A DNA stretch of 64,000 nt from Comamonadaceae bacterium. Lineage in GTDB: Bacteria > Pseudomonadota > Gammaproteobacteria > Burkholderiales > Burkholderiaceae_C. Made by a program: the position numbers and the translations under genes. Below the pieces are notes generated by a model, which was not told where the DNA came from, made no database searches, and saw only the letters and a list, made by a program, of their open reading frames with translations. The stretch spans positions 52,060 to 116,059 of the forward strand of contig CANGIQ010000001.1 of the NCBI GenBank assembly GCA_947453965.1, read 5' to 3'. Below are positions 43,552 to 52,738 of this stretch, piece after piece. Numbering within the stretch: the stretch's first letter is position 1; each line of letters begins with the position of its first letter.

Positions 43552-45282
43552 TCAGGCGGTCACTGCCATGCATTGCTGCACGATGATGTAGGTGCGCATC
43601 TGGAATTCGGGCAACACCCAGCTGCGCAAAGCTTTGGCCGGAGTGCGCCAACGAGCGTCCGCGTTGGGTGTGCTGTCGTCAAGCCCGGCTTCAATGCGCA
43701 ACCAAGCCCAGTCCATCAGCACCAGGGCCACGGCGCGCAGGTAGTCGTCGGCCACACGGAAGGGCAGGGCCGCGTCTTGTGGAGCGGCTTTGACGATCTG
43801 CTCGGTCACGGCGCGCAGCGTTTGAATGCGGGCTTGGGCCGGTGTGTGGGCCTTGCTGGCTTTGGCGTTGGCGGGCAAATCGGCCGCGATGTTGTCGAGC
43901 AGGGCGTTCAGCCCCAAGCCGCCATCGGCCAGCACCTTGCGCACCAGCAGGTCGATCGCCTGGATTTCGTTGGTGCCTTCGTAGATCATGGCCACGCGAG
44001 CGTCGCGCACGATCTGCTCAATGCCCCACTCGCGCACATAGCCGTGGCCGCCAAAGACCTGCAGGCAGTCGCTACCGCCATGAAAAGCCTGGTGGGTGAA
44101 GACCGATTTCATGACCGGCGTGACCAGGGCACACCAGCGCTGCGCAGCGGCTTGCGTGGCAGCATCTGTGCTGTGCTTGATCAAGTCAAGCTCAAGCGCG
44201 GTGCGGTAGGCCAGCACGCGACCGGCGTCGACCCAGGCGCGTTGCGTGTCGAGGATGCGGCGCATGGCGGGGTGCTCGCCAATCAGGTCTGCTTCGCCCG
44301 CTGACTTGCCCTTGCCGGGCGCACGCATCTGGCGGCGCTCTTGCGCATAGGCATCGGCTTTTTGCCAGGCGGCGTCCAACAGGCCAATGCCTTGCAGGGC
44401 CACATGCAAGCGGGCGGCGTTCATCATGACGAACATGGCGTTCAGGCCCTTGCCGGGCTCGCCCACGATCTGACAGGCGGCTTCGTCAAAACGCATCACG
44501 CAGGTGGGGCTGCCGTGCAGGCCCATTTTTTCTTCGATGCGATCGCAGTGCACGCGGCTGCGTGAACCGTCGGGGTAGAACTTGGGGACCAAAAACAGCG
44601 ACAGGCCTTTGGGGCCAGGGGGCGCGTCGGGCAAACGGGCCAGCACCAGGTGCACGATGTTGTCGCTCAGGTCGTGCTCGCCGCCCGAGATGAAGATTTT
44701 GGTGCCGCTGACCGCGTACGTTCCATCGGGCAGGGGCACCGCTTTGGTTCGGGCCAGGCCCAGGTCGGAGCCCGCATGCGGCTCGGTCAGGCACATGGTG
44801 GCCAGCCATTCACCGGTGGCGACTTTCTCCAGATACAAGGCTTTGAGTTCGTCGCTGGCGTGGTGTTTGATGCACTCGTAAGCACCGTGCAGCAGGCCTG
44901 GGGCCATGGTCCAGCCGTGGTTGGCGGCCGACAACATTTCGTACAGCATGGCTTCGAGCACGCTGGGCAGGCCCTGACCACCATCTTCGGCGCTGGCCGC
45001 TAAGGCGGGCCAGCCCGATTGCCAGAAGGATTGGTAGGCGTCCTTGAACCCGGGCGGCATGGTCACCGCGCCGTCTTTCCACTGCGCACCGATCTCGTCG
45101 CCATCGCGGTTGAGCGGGGCGATGACTTCGCCCACGAACTTGCCCGCTTCATCGAGCACCTGTTGCATCAGGTCCGGGTCTACCTCGGCAAAGGCGGGCA
45201 GGGCTTGCAATTGGGCGGGGGCATTCAAAACACGGGACAACACAAACTGCATCTCGTCGGTGCGGGGTTGGTAGGCGTTCAT
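43552..45282 (-). CDS. large acyl-CoA dehydrogenase (with extra C-terminal domain)
   Basis: 576 aa. LTEPHAGSD, IFISGGEHD, YEGTNEIQAIDL. Confidence 0.88.
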   Translation of the reverse strand: MNAYQPRTDEMQFVLSRVLNAPAQLQALPAFAEVDPDLMQQVLDEAGKFVGEVIAPLNRDGDEIGAQWKDGAVTMPPGFKDAYQSFWQSGWPALAASAEDGGQGLPSVLEAMLYEMLSAANHGWTMAPGLLHGAYECIKHHASDELKALYLEKVATGEWLATMCLTEPHAGSDLGLARTKAVPLPDGTYAVSGTKIFISGGEHDLSDNIVHLVLARLPDAPPGPKGLSLFLVPKFYPDGSRSRVHCDRIEEKMGLHGSPTCVMRFDEAACQIVGEPGKGLNAMFVMMNAARLHVALQGIGLLDAAWQKADAYAQERRQMRAPGKGKSAGEADLIGEHPAMRRILDTQRAWVDAGRVLAYRTALELDLIKHSTDAATQAAAQRWCALVTPVMKSVFTHQAFHGGSDCLQVFGGHGYVREWGIEQIVRDARVAMIYEGTNEIQAIDLLVRKVLADGGLGLNALLDNIAADLPANAKASKAHTPAQARIQTLRAVTEQIVKAAPQDAALPFRVADDYLRAVALVLMDWAWLRIEAGLDDSTPNADARWRTPAKALRSWVLPEFQMRTYIIVQQCMAVTA

Positions 45283-45296
45283 GGTCAGTCCTGAAA

Positions 45297-46025
45297 TTAC
45301 TTTTTGGCGGCACCTAAGTAGGTATCGATCACGCGGGAGTCCTGGGCCAGGTCGGTGGCTTTGCCGTGCAGGCCAATTTCACCCATCTCCAGCACATAAC
45401 CTTCGTCGGCCACGGCCAGTGCGGCGCGGGCGTTTTGTTCCACCAGCACGATGGTCACGCCGGTTTGGCGCAGGGTTTCGATGATGGTGAAAATTTCCTT
45501 CACGATCAGTGGGGCTAGGCCCAGGCTGGGTTCGTCCAGCATCAGGAGGGACGGGCGCGACATCAGCGAGCGGCCCACGGCCAGCATCTGGCGTTCACCC
45601 CCCGAGAGCGTGCCCGCTTCTTGCAGGCGGCGCTCTTTGAGGCGAGGAAACAGGTCGAACACATCATCCAAGCGTGCGCGCCACTGCGCGTTGCCCAGGC
45701 GCATCTGGCGGTAGCCGCCCAGCACCAGGTTGTCTTCCACGCTCATGGTGCCAAACAGCTCGCGCTTTTCGGGCACCAGCGAGATGCCGTGCATGACGCG
45801 CTCTTCGAGCGTCAGGTCGGTGATCGACTGGCCATCAAATTCAATCCGGCCCTTGGCAGGCAAGATGCCCATGAGGCTGTTCAAAAAGGTGGACTTGCCG
45901 GCGCCGTTGGGGCCGATCACGGTGATCACGCTGCCTTTGGCCGCTTGCAGGCTCAGCCCGTGCAGCACTTCGGCCTTGCCGTAGCCCGCGCGCAGGTCGG
46001 TGACTTGGAGGAGGGGGTGAGACAT
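45297..46025 (-). CDS. branched-chain-amino-acid-type ABC transporter ATP-binding protein (LivF-like)
   Basis: 242 aa from the ATG at 46025. Walker A GPNGAGKST, LSGGERQM, LMLDEPS. Confidence 0.9.
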   Translation of the reverse strand: MSHPLLQVTDLRAGYGKAEVLHGLSLQAAKGSVITVIGPNGAGKSTFLNSLMGILPAKGRIEFDGQSITDLTLEERVMHGISLVPEKRELFGTMSVEDNLVLGGYRQMRLGNAQWRARLDDVFDLFPRLKERRLQEAGTLSGGERQMLAVGRSLMSRPSLLMLDEPSLGLAPLIVKEIFTIIETLRQTGVTIVLVEQNARAALAVADEGYVLEMGEIGLHGKATDLAQDSRVIDTYLGAAKK

Positions 46026-46026
46026 G

Positions 46027-47808
46027 TCAGTGTTCCGTTCCGAGGTAAGCCGCACGCACGGCAGGGCTGGCTTGGATTTCAGCAGGGGTGCCTTGGGTCA
46101 GCAGCGTGCCGAACTCCATCACCACCAGGTGGTCGCACACGTCCATCACCAGGTCCATGTCGTGCTCGACCAGCAAGATGCTCATGCCTTCGCCTTGCAG
46201 CTGGCGCAGCACTTGCGCGAGGCCTTGCTTTTCCTTGTGGCGCAGGCCCGCTGCGGGTTCATCCAGCAGCAGCAAGGCCGGGTCGCAACACAGCGCACGG
46301 GCGATTTCCATCAGGCGTTGGGGCCCCATGGCCAGGTTGCCCGCCTGCTCGTGCAGGTAAGCGCCCATGCCAATGCGCTCCAGCTGGCGCTGGGCTTCTT
46401 TCATCATGCGTTGCTCTTCGGTTTTGTTGATGCGCAGCATGGACGAGAGCACGCCGCTGCTGCCACGCATGTAGGCACCGAGCGCCACGTTCTCGAGCAC
46501 CGTCATGTCAGGAATCATCTTGACGTGCTGGAAGGTGCGGGCCATGCCCTTGCGTGAAATCTCGCGCGAGGACAAGTGACCGATGTCTTCGCCACAGAAG
46601 TTGACCTGGCCGCTGGTTTTGCGCAGCACGCCGGTGATCAGGTTGAAGGTGGTCGATTTGCCTGCGCCGTTGGGCCCGATCAGGCCGACGATTTGGCCCG
46701 CTTCGATGTTGAAGCTGATGTCATTCACCGCCACCAAACCGCCAAACTGTTTGCGGATGGCCTGCACCGACAACACACGCTCGCCGTGTGTGGGCTTGCG
46801 GCGCTCGGGCAGGGCCTCGGCGTTTTGCCAGTCCACCGCACGCGGCGGGCGCGGCAGCTTGCGCGCCACCACCGACCACAGGCCATCGGGCAGGTACTTG
46901 AGCACCAGCACCAGGGCAATGCCGAACACAATCACCTCGTAGCTGCCGCTGGTGCCGATCAGGGCGGGCAGCAGCACTTGCAGCTGGTCGTCGAGCAGCT
47001 TGATGAGGCCTGCACCTACGATGGCACCCCAGACATAACCCACACCGCCGACCACCGTCATGAACAGGTACTCGATGCCCATCTTCAGGCCAAAGGCCGA
47101 GGGGTTGACGGTGCGTTGAAAGTGCGCCAACAACCAGCCCGCCACCGAGGCGAACAAGGCCGCGATGACGAAGATGGTGACCTTGTAGCGGAAGGTGCTG
47201 ATGCCCATCGCCTCGGCCATTTGCGTGCCGCCCTTGAGTGAACGGATGGCGCGGCCCGGACGCGAGTCCAACAAGTTGAGCAAGGCGATGGCCCCGGCCA
47301 GCAAGATGGCCCAGGTCAGCACAAAGAACAGGCGGCCTTGGCCAATGTCGATGTCACCATTGACGCCAGGGATGGACAAACTTTTCAAACCCAGCAAACC
47401 GTCGTATTTGCCCAAGGCATCCAAGTTGCCCATCAGGTAATACAGCGACAAGCCCCAGGCGATGGTGGCCAGTGGCAGGTAGTGGCCCGACATGCGCAAG
47501 GTGATCATGCCCACGATCAGCGCACTGACTGCTGTGAAAGCCAAGCCGACAAACAAGGTCAGCCAAGGCGACAGGCCGGTGTTGAGTGTGAGCCAGGCTG
47601 TGGTGTAGGCCCCAATGCCCACAAACGCGGCTTGGCCAAAAGAGGTCAAGCCCCCCACGCCGGTCAGCAGCACCAGCCCCAAACAGACCAAGCTGTACAG
47701 GCCGATGTAGTTGAGTTGGGCAATCCAAAAATCAGGCAGCGGCAGCACGGCGATCAGGGGCACGGCAGCGCTGAGCAGCCACAAGGCGATATTTTGTTTT
47801 TTGAACAT
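46027..47808 (-). CDS. fused LivM-like permease / LivG-like ATPase
   Basis: 593 aa. The N-terminal roughly 330 aa is polytopic permease. The C-terminal half has Walker A GPNGAGKSTT and LLLDEPAAGL. Confidence 0.85.
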   Translation of the reverse strand: MFKKQNIALWLLSAAVPLIAVLPLPDFWIAQLNYIGLYSLVCLGLVLLTGVGGLTSFGQAAFVGIGAYTTAWLTLNTGLSPWLTLFVGLAFTAVSALIVGMITLRMSGHYLPLATIAWGLSLYYLMGNLDALGKYDGLLGLKSLSIPGVNGDIDIGQGRLFFVLTWAILLAGAIALLNLLDSRPGRAIRSLKGGTQMAEAMGISTFRYKVTIFVIAALFASVAGWLLAHFQRTVNPSAFGLKMGIEYLFMTVVGGVGYVWGAIVGAGLIKLLDDQLQVLLPALIGTSGSYEVIVFGIALVLVLKYLPDGLWSVVARKLPRPPRAVDWQNAEALPERRKPTHGERVLSVQAIRKQFGGLVAVNDISFNIEAGQIVGLIGPNGAGKSTTFNLITGVLRKTSGQVNFCGEDIGHLSSREISRKGMARTFQHVKMIPDMTVLENVALGAYMRGSSGVLSSMLRINKTEEQRMMKEAQRQLERIGMGAYLHEQAGNLAMGPQRLMEIARALCCDPALLLLDEPAAGLRHKEKQGLAQVLRQLQGEGMSILLVEHDMDLVMDVCDHLVVMEFGTLLTQGTPAEIQASPAVRAAYLGTEH

Positions 47809-47809
47809 G

Positions 47810-48850
47810 TCAGTGTTCCTCGTCCGAATGGCCGCTGCGCAGCGAGCGCACCAGAAGGATGGGCAAGATCAAGGTGAACACAATCACCTCTTTGAACGCA
47901 CTGGCCCAGAAGGCACCAAAGGCTTCGACGATGCCGACAAACAAGGCACCGATCAAGGCACCGGGATAGCTGGACAAACCTGCCACCACCGCCGCCACAA
48001 AACCTTTGAGGCCAATCAAAAAGCCTGAGTCATAAAACACCGTGGTGGTAGGGCCAATCAGCAAGCCCGACAAAGCGCCGATGAAGGCGGCCAACAAAAA
48101 CGTCAGCTGGCCCGAGGTGTGGCTGGAGATGCCCATCAAGCGAGCACCCGTGCGGTTGACCGCCGTCGCGCGCAAGGCCTTGCCACGCAGCGAGCGTTCG
48201 AAATACAGCCATAGCAACACGATCAATGCGAGGGATACCCCAAAGGTGATCACGGTCTGGCCGGACAAGGTCAAGGGGCCGACGTTGAAGCGTGCGTCCC
48301 AAAACGGTGGGTTGCGAAAACCTTCCGCACCGAAAAACAGCAGGCCCAAACCCGTCATGGCGAAATGCACACCGACCGACACGATCAGCAGCACCAGCGG
48401 CGTGGCCGCTTCCAGCGACTGGTAAGCCACGCGGTAAACCAGCGGACCAAAGGCCGTGACGATGGCCACGCTGATTGCGGCTTGCACACCCAGCGGAAAT
48501 TGTTGTGGCGCAGCCCAGATGGAAAGCGCAGAAATCAGCACAGGAAACACCAAGGTCTTGAGGGCGGACTTCACAGCACGCACGGCGTTGCCGTGGTGAC
48601 GCCAGCGCTCGACCAATTCCATCAACGAGGCCACACCCGCCAGTATCAGCAACAGCCACACCGTGCCCGGCGTTTTGCCGCCTTGCAGCATGGCCAAGGT
48701 GAGTGCGCCATAGGCCACGAATTCGCCTTGCGGAATGAAGATGACGCGGGTGACGGTGAACACCAACACCGTGGCCAGCCCGAGCAGGGCATACACAGCA
48801 CCGTTGGTCACGCCGTCCAGCAACAAAATGCTGGCGATGGAAAAGTCCAT
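47810..48850 (-). CDS. LivH-like ABC transporter permease
   Basis: 346 aa, polytopic. N-terminus [25 protein letters not shown] is typical of LivH. There is a 1-nt gap to the next gene. Confidence 0.88.
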   Translation of the reverse strand: MDFSIASILLLDGVTNGAVYALLGLATVLVFTVTRVIFIPQGEFVAYGALTLAMLQGGKTPGTVWLLLILAGVASLMELVERWRHHGNAVRAVKSALKTLVFPVLISALSIWAAPQQFPLGVQAAISVAIVTAFGPLVYRVAYQSLEAATPLVLLIVSVGVHFAMTGLGLLFFGAEGFRNPPFWDARFNVGPLTLSGQTVITFGVSLALIVLLWLYFERSLRGKALRATAVNRTGARLMGISSHTSGQLTFLLAAFIGALSGLLIGPTTTVFYDSGFLIGLKGFVAAVVAGLSSYPGALIGALFVGIVEAFGAFWASAFKEVIVFTLILPILLVRSLRSGHSDEEH

Positions 48851-48906
48851 GATGGAACCTTGAGAAAAGCTAAAAAGAAACCGTGTGATCCTTCTGGATC
48901 AAAAGA

Positions 48907-48950
48907 CATCGCCTCAGAGCGACCCGCCACAGCGGGGGCCCGAGGCGATG
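48907..48950 (-). other. intercistronic stem-loop between the binding-protein and permease genes
   Basis: CATCGCCTC (48907-48915) pairs with GAGGCGATG (48942-48950), with an inner CCCGC/GCGGG stem. Confidence 0.5.
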
Positions 48951-48959
48951 TGGCAGGCC

Positions 48960-50093
48960 TTATTCGACCTTGAACTTGCCGTCGACGACCTTGGTCATCA
49001 CACCGGTTTCCATGGTGTAACCCCAGTGGTCAGTGGCGCTCCAGTTCATGATGCCGTGGGCAAAGGTGGTGCGGCCCATGGTTTCCATGGCGTCACGCAG
49101 TGCGGCGCGGAATTCGGGCGTGCCCGCCTTGGCTTTTTTCAGCGCCAAAGGAATGGCTTTTTCCAGCGCCACTTGGGCGTCGTAGGCATGGCCTGCGAAC
49201 TGGTTGTGGCTGCCAGCGCCATAAACCTTGTCGTACTTGGCGACGAAGTCCAACGCCAATTTCTTGGAGGGGTGGCTGTCAGGCAATTGGTCGGGGGCAA
49301 TCACAGGGCCAGACACCACATACGTGCCTTCCACCGCTTTGCCGCCCACGCGCATCAGGTCCATGGTGGCTGCAGCGTGTGTTTGGTAAATCTTGCCTTT
49401 GTAGCCACGCTCGAGCAGGCCCAGCTGAGGCATGGCTGCACCTGAGCCTGATGCCACGACCAACACGGCGTCAGGGTTGGCGGCGTTGATCTTCAAAGCT
49501 TGTGGGGTCACGCTGGTGTCGGTGCGGGCAAAGCGCTCGGTGGCCACAATTTTGATGCCAGCTTTGTCCAGCAAGGGGGTGATTTCTTTCAACCACTGTT
49601 CGCCATAGGCGTCGGTGTAGCCCAAGAAACCGATGGTCTTGACGCCTTGCTTTTTCATGTGCTCAACCACAGCATAGCCCATCACGGTGTTGGACTGGGG
49701 CAAGCGGAACAACCACTTGTCTTTGCCAGCGGGCACGCCCACGGGGGAGCCGGCCAATTGCACGGTGCCCGCTTCAGACGCGATGTCGGTCATGGCCGCA
49801 GCCACGGCGGTGATGCATGAGCCCACGATCACGTCCACTTTGTCTTCGGTCACGAAGCGGCGTGCGTTGGCTGCGCCCTTGCCGGGATCGGTGGCATCGT
49901 CGAGCACGATCAGCTGGACTTTTTCACCACCAATGGTTTGGGGGAACAGCTTGAACTGGTTTTGCATCGGGATGCCCAAACCAGAGCCAGGGCCGGTCAG
50001 GGCCAAGCTCACACCGATCTTGATGTCGGCCAGAGCGGCGGTGCTGGCGGTGGCGGCGATGGCCAGGGTCAGCAGGGTTTTCTTGAAGTTCAT
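48960..50093 (-). CDS. LIV-type (type I) periplasmic substrate-binding protein
   Basis: 377 aa from the ATG at 50093. Signal peptide MNFKKTLLTLAIAATASTAALA, then DIKIGVSLALTGPGSGLG. Confidence 0.88.
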   Translation of the reverse strand: MNFKKTLLTLAIAATASTAALADIKIGVSLALTGPGSGLGIPMQNQFKLFPQTIGGEKVQLIVLDDATDPGKGAANARRFVTEDKVDVIVGSCITAVAAAMTDIASEAGTVQLAGSPVGVPAGKDKWLFRLPQSNTVMGYAVVEHMKKQGVKTIGFLGYTDAYGEQWLKEITPLLDKAGIKIVATERFARTDTSVTPQALKINAANPDAVLVVASGSGAAMPQLGLLERGYKGKIYQTHAAATMDLMRVGGKAVEGTYVVSGPVIAPDQLPDSHPSKKLALDFVAKYDKVYGAGSHNQFAGHAYDAQVALEKAIPLALKKAKAGTPEFRAALRDAMETMGRTTFAHGIMNWSATDHWGYTMETGVMTKVVDGKFKVE

Positions 50094-50165
50094 GCTTGTC
50101 TCCTCGGAAGGTTGATTAAAAAAACACAGGGTGGGAACAGAAAAAGTTTTCAAATATGCGGCAGA

Positions 50166-50585
50166 TCAGCTGCACAAAGTCTTGATGTCTTCAGGCACGG
50201 CGATGGCTTTGATGCGGTCTGGATCTTCGGGGTGCTTGATGCAAAAGGCCCGCACTTCGGTGCCTTCGCACAACACCGTGTCGCCGCGCATGACCACATG
50301 CTTGTGGACGAACACTTTATCGCGCCACTCTTGCACGCTGGTGTGGATCTGAAGCGTCTCACCATAGGTGGCGGGGCGGATGAATTTGGTGTTGATCTCC
50401 AACAGCGGCGTGCCGATGATGCCGCGTGTTTTGACCAGTTCGCGCCAGGGCGGCACGCCGCACTTGACGAAGAAGTTGAGGGACGAAGCGTCCATCCATT
50501 TGGAGAAGTTGGGAAAGAAGACGATGCCTGCGGGGTCGCAGTCACCGAACATCACTTGCACTTCGTAGACAACAGTTTTACTCAT
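50166..50585 (-). CDS. hotdog-fold acyl-CoA thioesterase (4HBT/YbgC-like)
   Basis: 139 aa from the ATG at 50585. VQVMFGDCDPAGIVFFPNF matches the 4HBT-type catalytic-Asp context. Confidence 0.8.
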   Translation of the reverse strand: MSKTVVYEVQVMFGDCDPAGIVFFPNFSKWMDASSLNFFVKCGVPPWRELVKTRGIIGTPLLEINTKFIRPATYGETLQIHTSVQEWRDKVFVHKHVVMRGDTVLCEGTEVRAFCIKHPEDPDRIKAIAVPEDIKTLCS

Positions 50586-50595
50586 AATTTTTCTC

Positions 50596-51381
50596 TTAAC
50601 GGGGTGCCATGCGCAGGGCACCGTCGAGGCGAATGACTTCACCGTTGAGGTGGCCGTTGCTGACGATGTGGCAGGCCAGTTCGGCAAACTCTTCAGGTTT
50701 GCCCAGACGTGCAGGGAAGGGGATGCTGGCCGCCAGCGATTGCTGCACCGGCTCGGGCAAGGTCTTCATCAACGGGGTTGAAAACAGACCGGGGGCGATG
50801 GTGCACACACGGATGCCATGCTGCGCCAAATCGCGCGCCATGGGCAAGGTCATGCCAACCACGCCGCCTTTGGACGCGCTGTACGCCTGCTGGCCCACTT
50901 GCCCGTCAAACGCCGCGACCGAGGCGGTGAACACCATGGCACCGCGCTCGCCGTCTTGCATCGGGTCGAGCTTGGCGCACGCGGCGGCAAACAGGCGCGC
51001 CGCGTTGTAGGTGCCGATCAGGTTGACGTTGACGACCTTGATGAAGTCTTCCAGCGGGGCGGCATTCCCGTCTTTGCCGACCACGCGCTTGGCAGAGCCA
51101 ATCCCCGCGATTTGCATCAGGATGCGGGCCTGCCCGTGGGCGGCTGCGGCGGTCGCAATGGCCTGGGTCATGCTGCCTTCGTCGGACACGTTGCAGTGAA
51201 CGGCCACAGCGCAGCCCTTGCCATGTTGCGCATTGATGTCTTGGGCCACGCGCTCGGCGTTGTCCAGGTTGAGATCGAGCACCGCGACCTTGGCGCCGAG
51301 TCGGGCCAATTCACGGGCCGTGGCTTCGCCTAAACCGGAGCCACCGCCGGTGACGAGGGCTGCTTGTCCTTGGATGTTCAT
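50596..51381 (-). CDS. SDR-family 3-hydroxyacyl-CoA dehydrogenase-like oxidoreductase
   Basis: 261 aa. Cofactor motif TGGGSGLG and catalytic YSASKGG. Confidence 0.85.
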   Translation of the reverse strand: MNIQGQAALVTGGGSGLGEATARELARLGAKVAVLDLNLDNAERVAQDINAQHGKGCAVAVHCNVSDEGSMTQAIATAAAAHGQARILMQIAGIGSAKRVVGKDGNAAPLEDFIKVVNVNLIGTYNAARLFAAACAKLDPMQDGERGAMVFTASVAAFDGQVGQQAYSASKGGVVGMTLPMARDLAQHGIRVCTIAPGLFSTPLMKTLPEPVQQSLAASIPFPARLGKPEEFAELACHIVSNGHLNGEVIRLDGALRMAPR

Positions 51382-51399
51382 GTCAGTACCTTTTCTACA

Positions 51400-51461
51400 G
51401 TAGGTCGGAGCTTTAGCTCCGACGTTTCGGGAACTTGTCAGGGCTAAAGCCGCCGACCTAC
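51400..51461. repeat. REP-like nested palindromic element in an intercistronic gap
   Basis: Outer arms GTAGGTCGG (51400-51408) and CCGACCTAC (51453-51461). Inner hairpin GTCGGAGCT-tt-AGCTCCGAC (51404-51423). Only one copy occurs in this window. Confidence 0.55.
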
Positions 51462-51470
51462 AAATTCAGT

Positions 51471-52721
51471 TCACTTGCCTTCCGGGTTTTCAATCAGCAG
51501 CGCAATGCCCTGACCGCCGCCCACGCAGGCGCTCGAGATGCCGTAGCGCAAGCCGCTGCGTTTCAATTCACGCGCCAGCGTGATGGTCAGGCGCACGCCG
51601 GTGCAGGCCAGCGGGTGGCCCAGTGCAATCGCGCCGCCGTTGACGTTGAGCTTTGCCAGGTCCAGGCCCAGCTCGCGACCTACGGCTAGCGTTTGCGCGC
51701 CTTGCGCTTCGTTGATTTCGAAGCGGCCAATGTCAGACAGCTTCAAGCCCGTGCGCTCCAGCAGCAAACGGATGGCAGGTGCCGGGCCAATGCCCATGAT
51801 CTCGGGCGGCACGCCCACGGCGGCGGCGGCGACCACACGGGCCAGCGGCTTTTTGCCATGGGCTTTGGCGTAGCTGCCAGAGGTGACCACACAAGCCGCA
51901 GCCGCATCGACCAGGGCCGAGCTGTTGCCACCGGTTTGCACGCCGCCTTCGTAGACCGATTTGAGTTTGGCCAGCACTTCAGGGGGCGAAATGCGGGGGT
52001 GGGTGTCGGTGCTGACCTCGGTCACTTTGCCTTGCAGCTTGATGCCTCGGGCCTTGTAGCCTTCGAGCTCAAACTTCTCGGTGACCACGGGGACGATCTC
52101 GCCGGCATGGAAACCGGCTTGTTGCGCGGCCACCGCTTTGGCGAACGAGTCGGAGGCGAACTGGTCCACCTCTTCGCGGGTGATGTTGTATTTCTTGGCC
52201 AGGTTCTCTGCCGTCTGGATCATGTTGATGCCAGCGGCCGGATCTTTCAGGGCTTCCCACATGTAGTCCTTGAAGCCCACGGGCGCGCCGAGCTTGAAGC
52301 CGTTGCGGTGGTCAAAGGCGGCAATGGGGTTGCGCGTCATGCTCTCGGTGCCGACCACCAGCGCGGCGTCGCACACGCCGGCTTCGATTTGCTCACTGGC
52401 CTGGCGGAACAACTCAAAGCCTGTGCCGCAAATGCGCTGGGTCATGATGGCGGGCACTTCTTGTGGCACACCGGCATACAGCCCGATGTGGCGGGGCAAG
52501 AAGAACTGGTCAAAGTCGCCAGGCGCCATGTTGCCGGTGATGACCGAGCCGATCTCGGTGGCGGCAATGCCTGCGCGCTTCAAAGCTTCGCGTGCGGCCT
52601 TGATGCCCAGGTCGGTGGGCGAGATGTGGCCGAGCGCACCGCAGTAATCGACCATGGGCGTGCGCACGCCTTCGTGCATCCACACATCGGCAAACGCGTT
52701 GAAAAATCCTTTGGATGCCAT
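51471..52721 (-). CDS. acetyl-CoA C-acyltransferase (thiolase family)
   Basis: 416 aa from the ATG at 52721. RICGTGF active-Cys region, NVNGGAIALGHPL, and C-terminal CVGGGQGIA. Confidence 0.88.
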   Translation of the reverse strand: MASKGFFNAFADVWMHEGVRTPMVDYCGALGHISPTDLGIKAAREALKRAGIAATEIGSVITGNMAPGDFDQFFLPRHIGLYAGVPQEVPAIMTQRICGTGFELFRQASEQIEAGVCDAALVVGTESMTRNPIAAFDHRNGFKLGAPVGFKDYMWEALKDPAAGINMIQTAENLAKKYNITREEVDQFASDSFAKAVAAQQAGFHAGEIVPVVTEKFELEGYKARGIKLQGKVTEVSTDTHPRISPPEVLAKLKSVYEGGVQTGGNSSALVDAAAACVVTSGSYAKAHGKKPLARVVAAAAVGVPPEIMGIGPAPAIRLLLERTGLKLSDIGRFEINEAQGAQTLAVGRELGLDLAKLNVNGGAIALGHPLACTGVRLTITLARELKRSGLRYGISSACVGGGQGIALLIENPEGK

Positions 52722-52738
52722 GTTGCTTCTTTCGTTGA

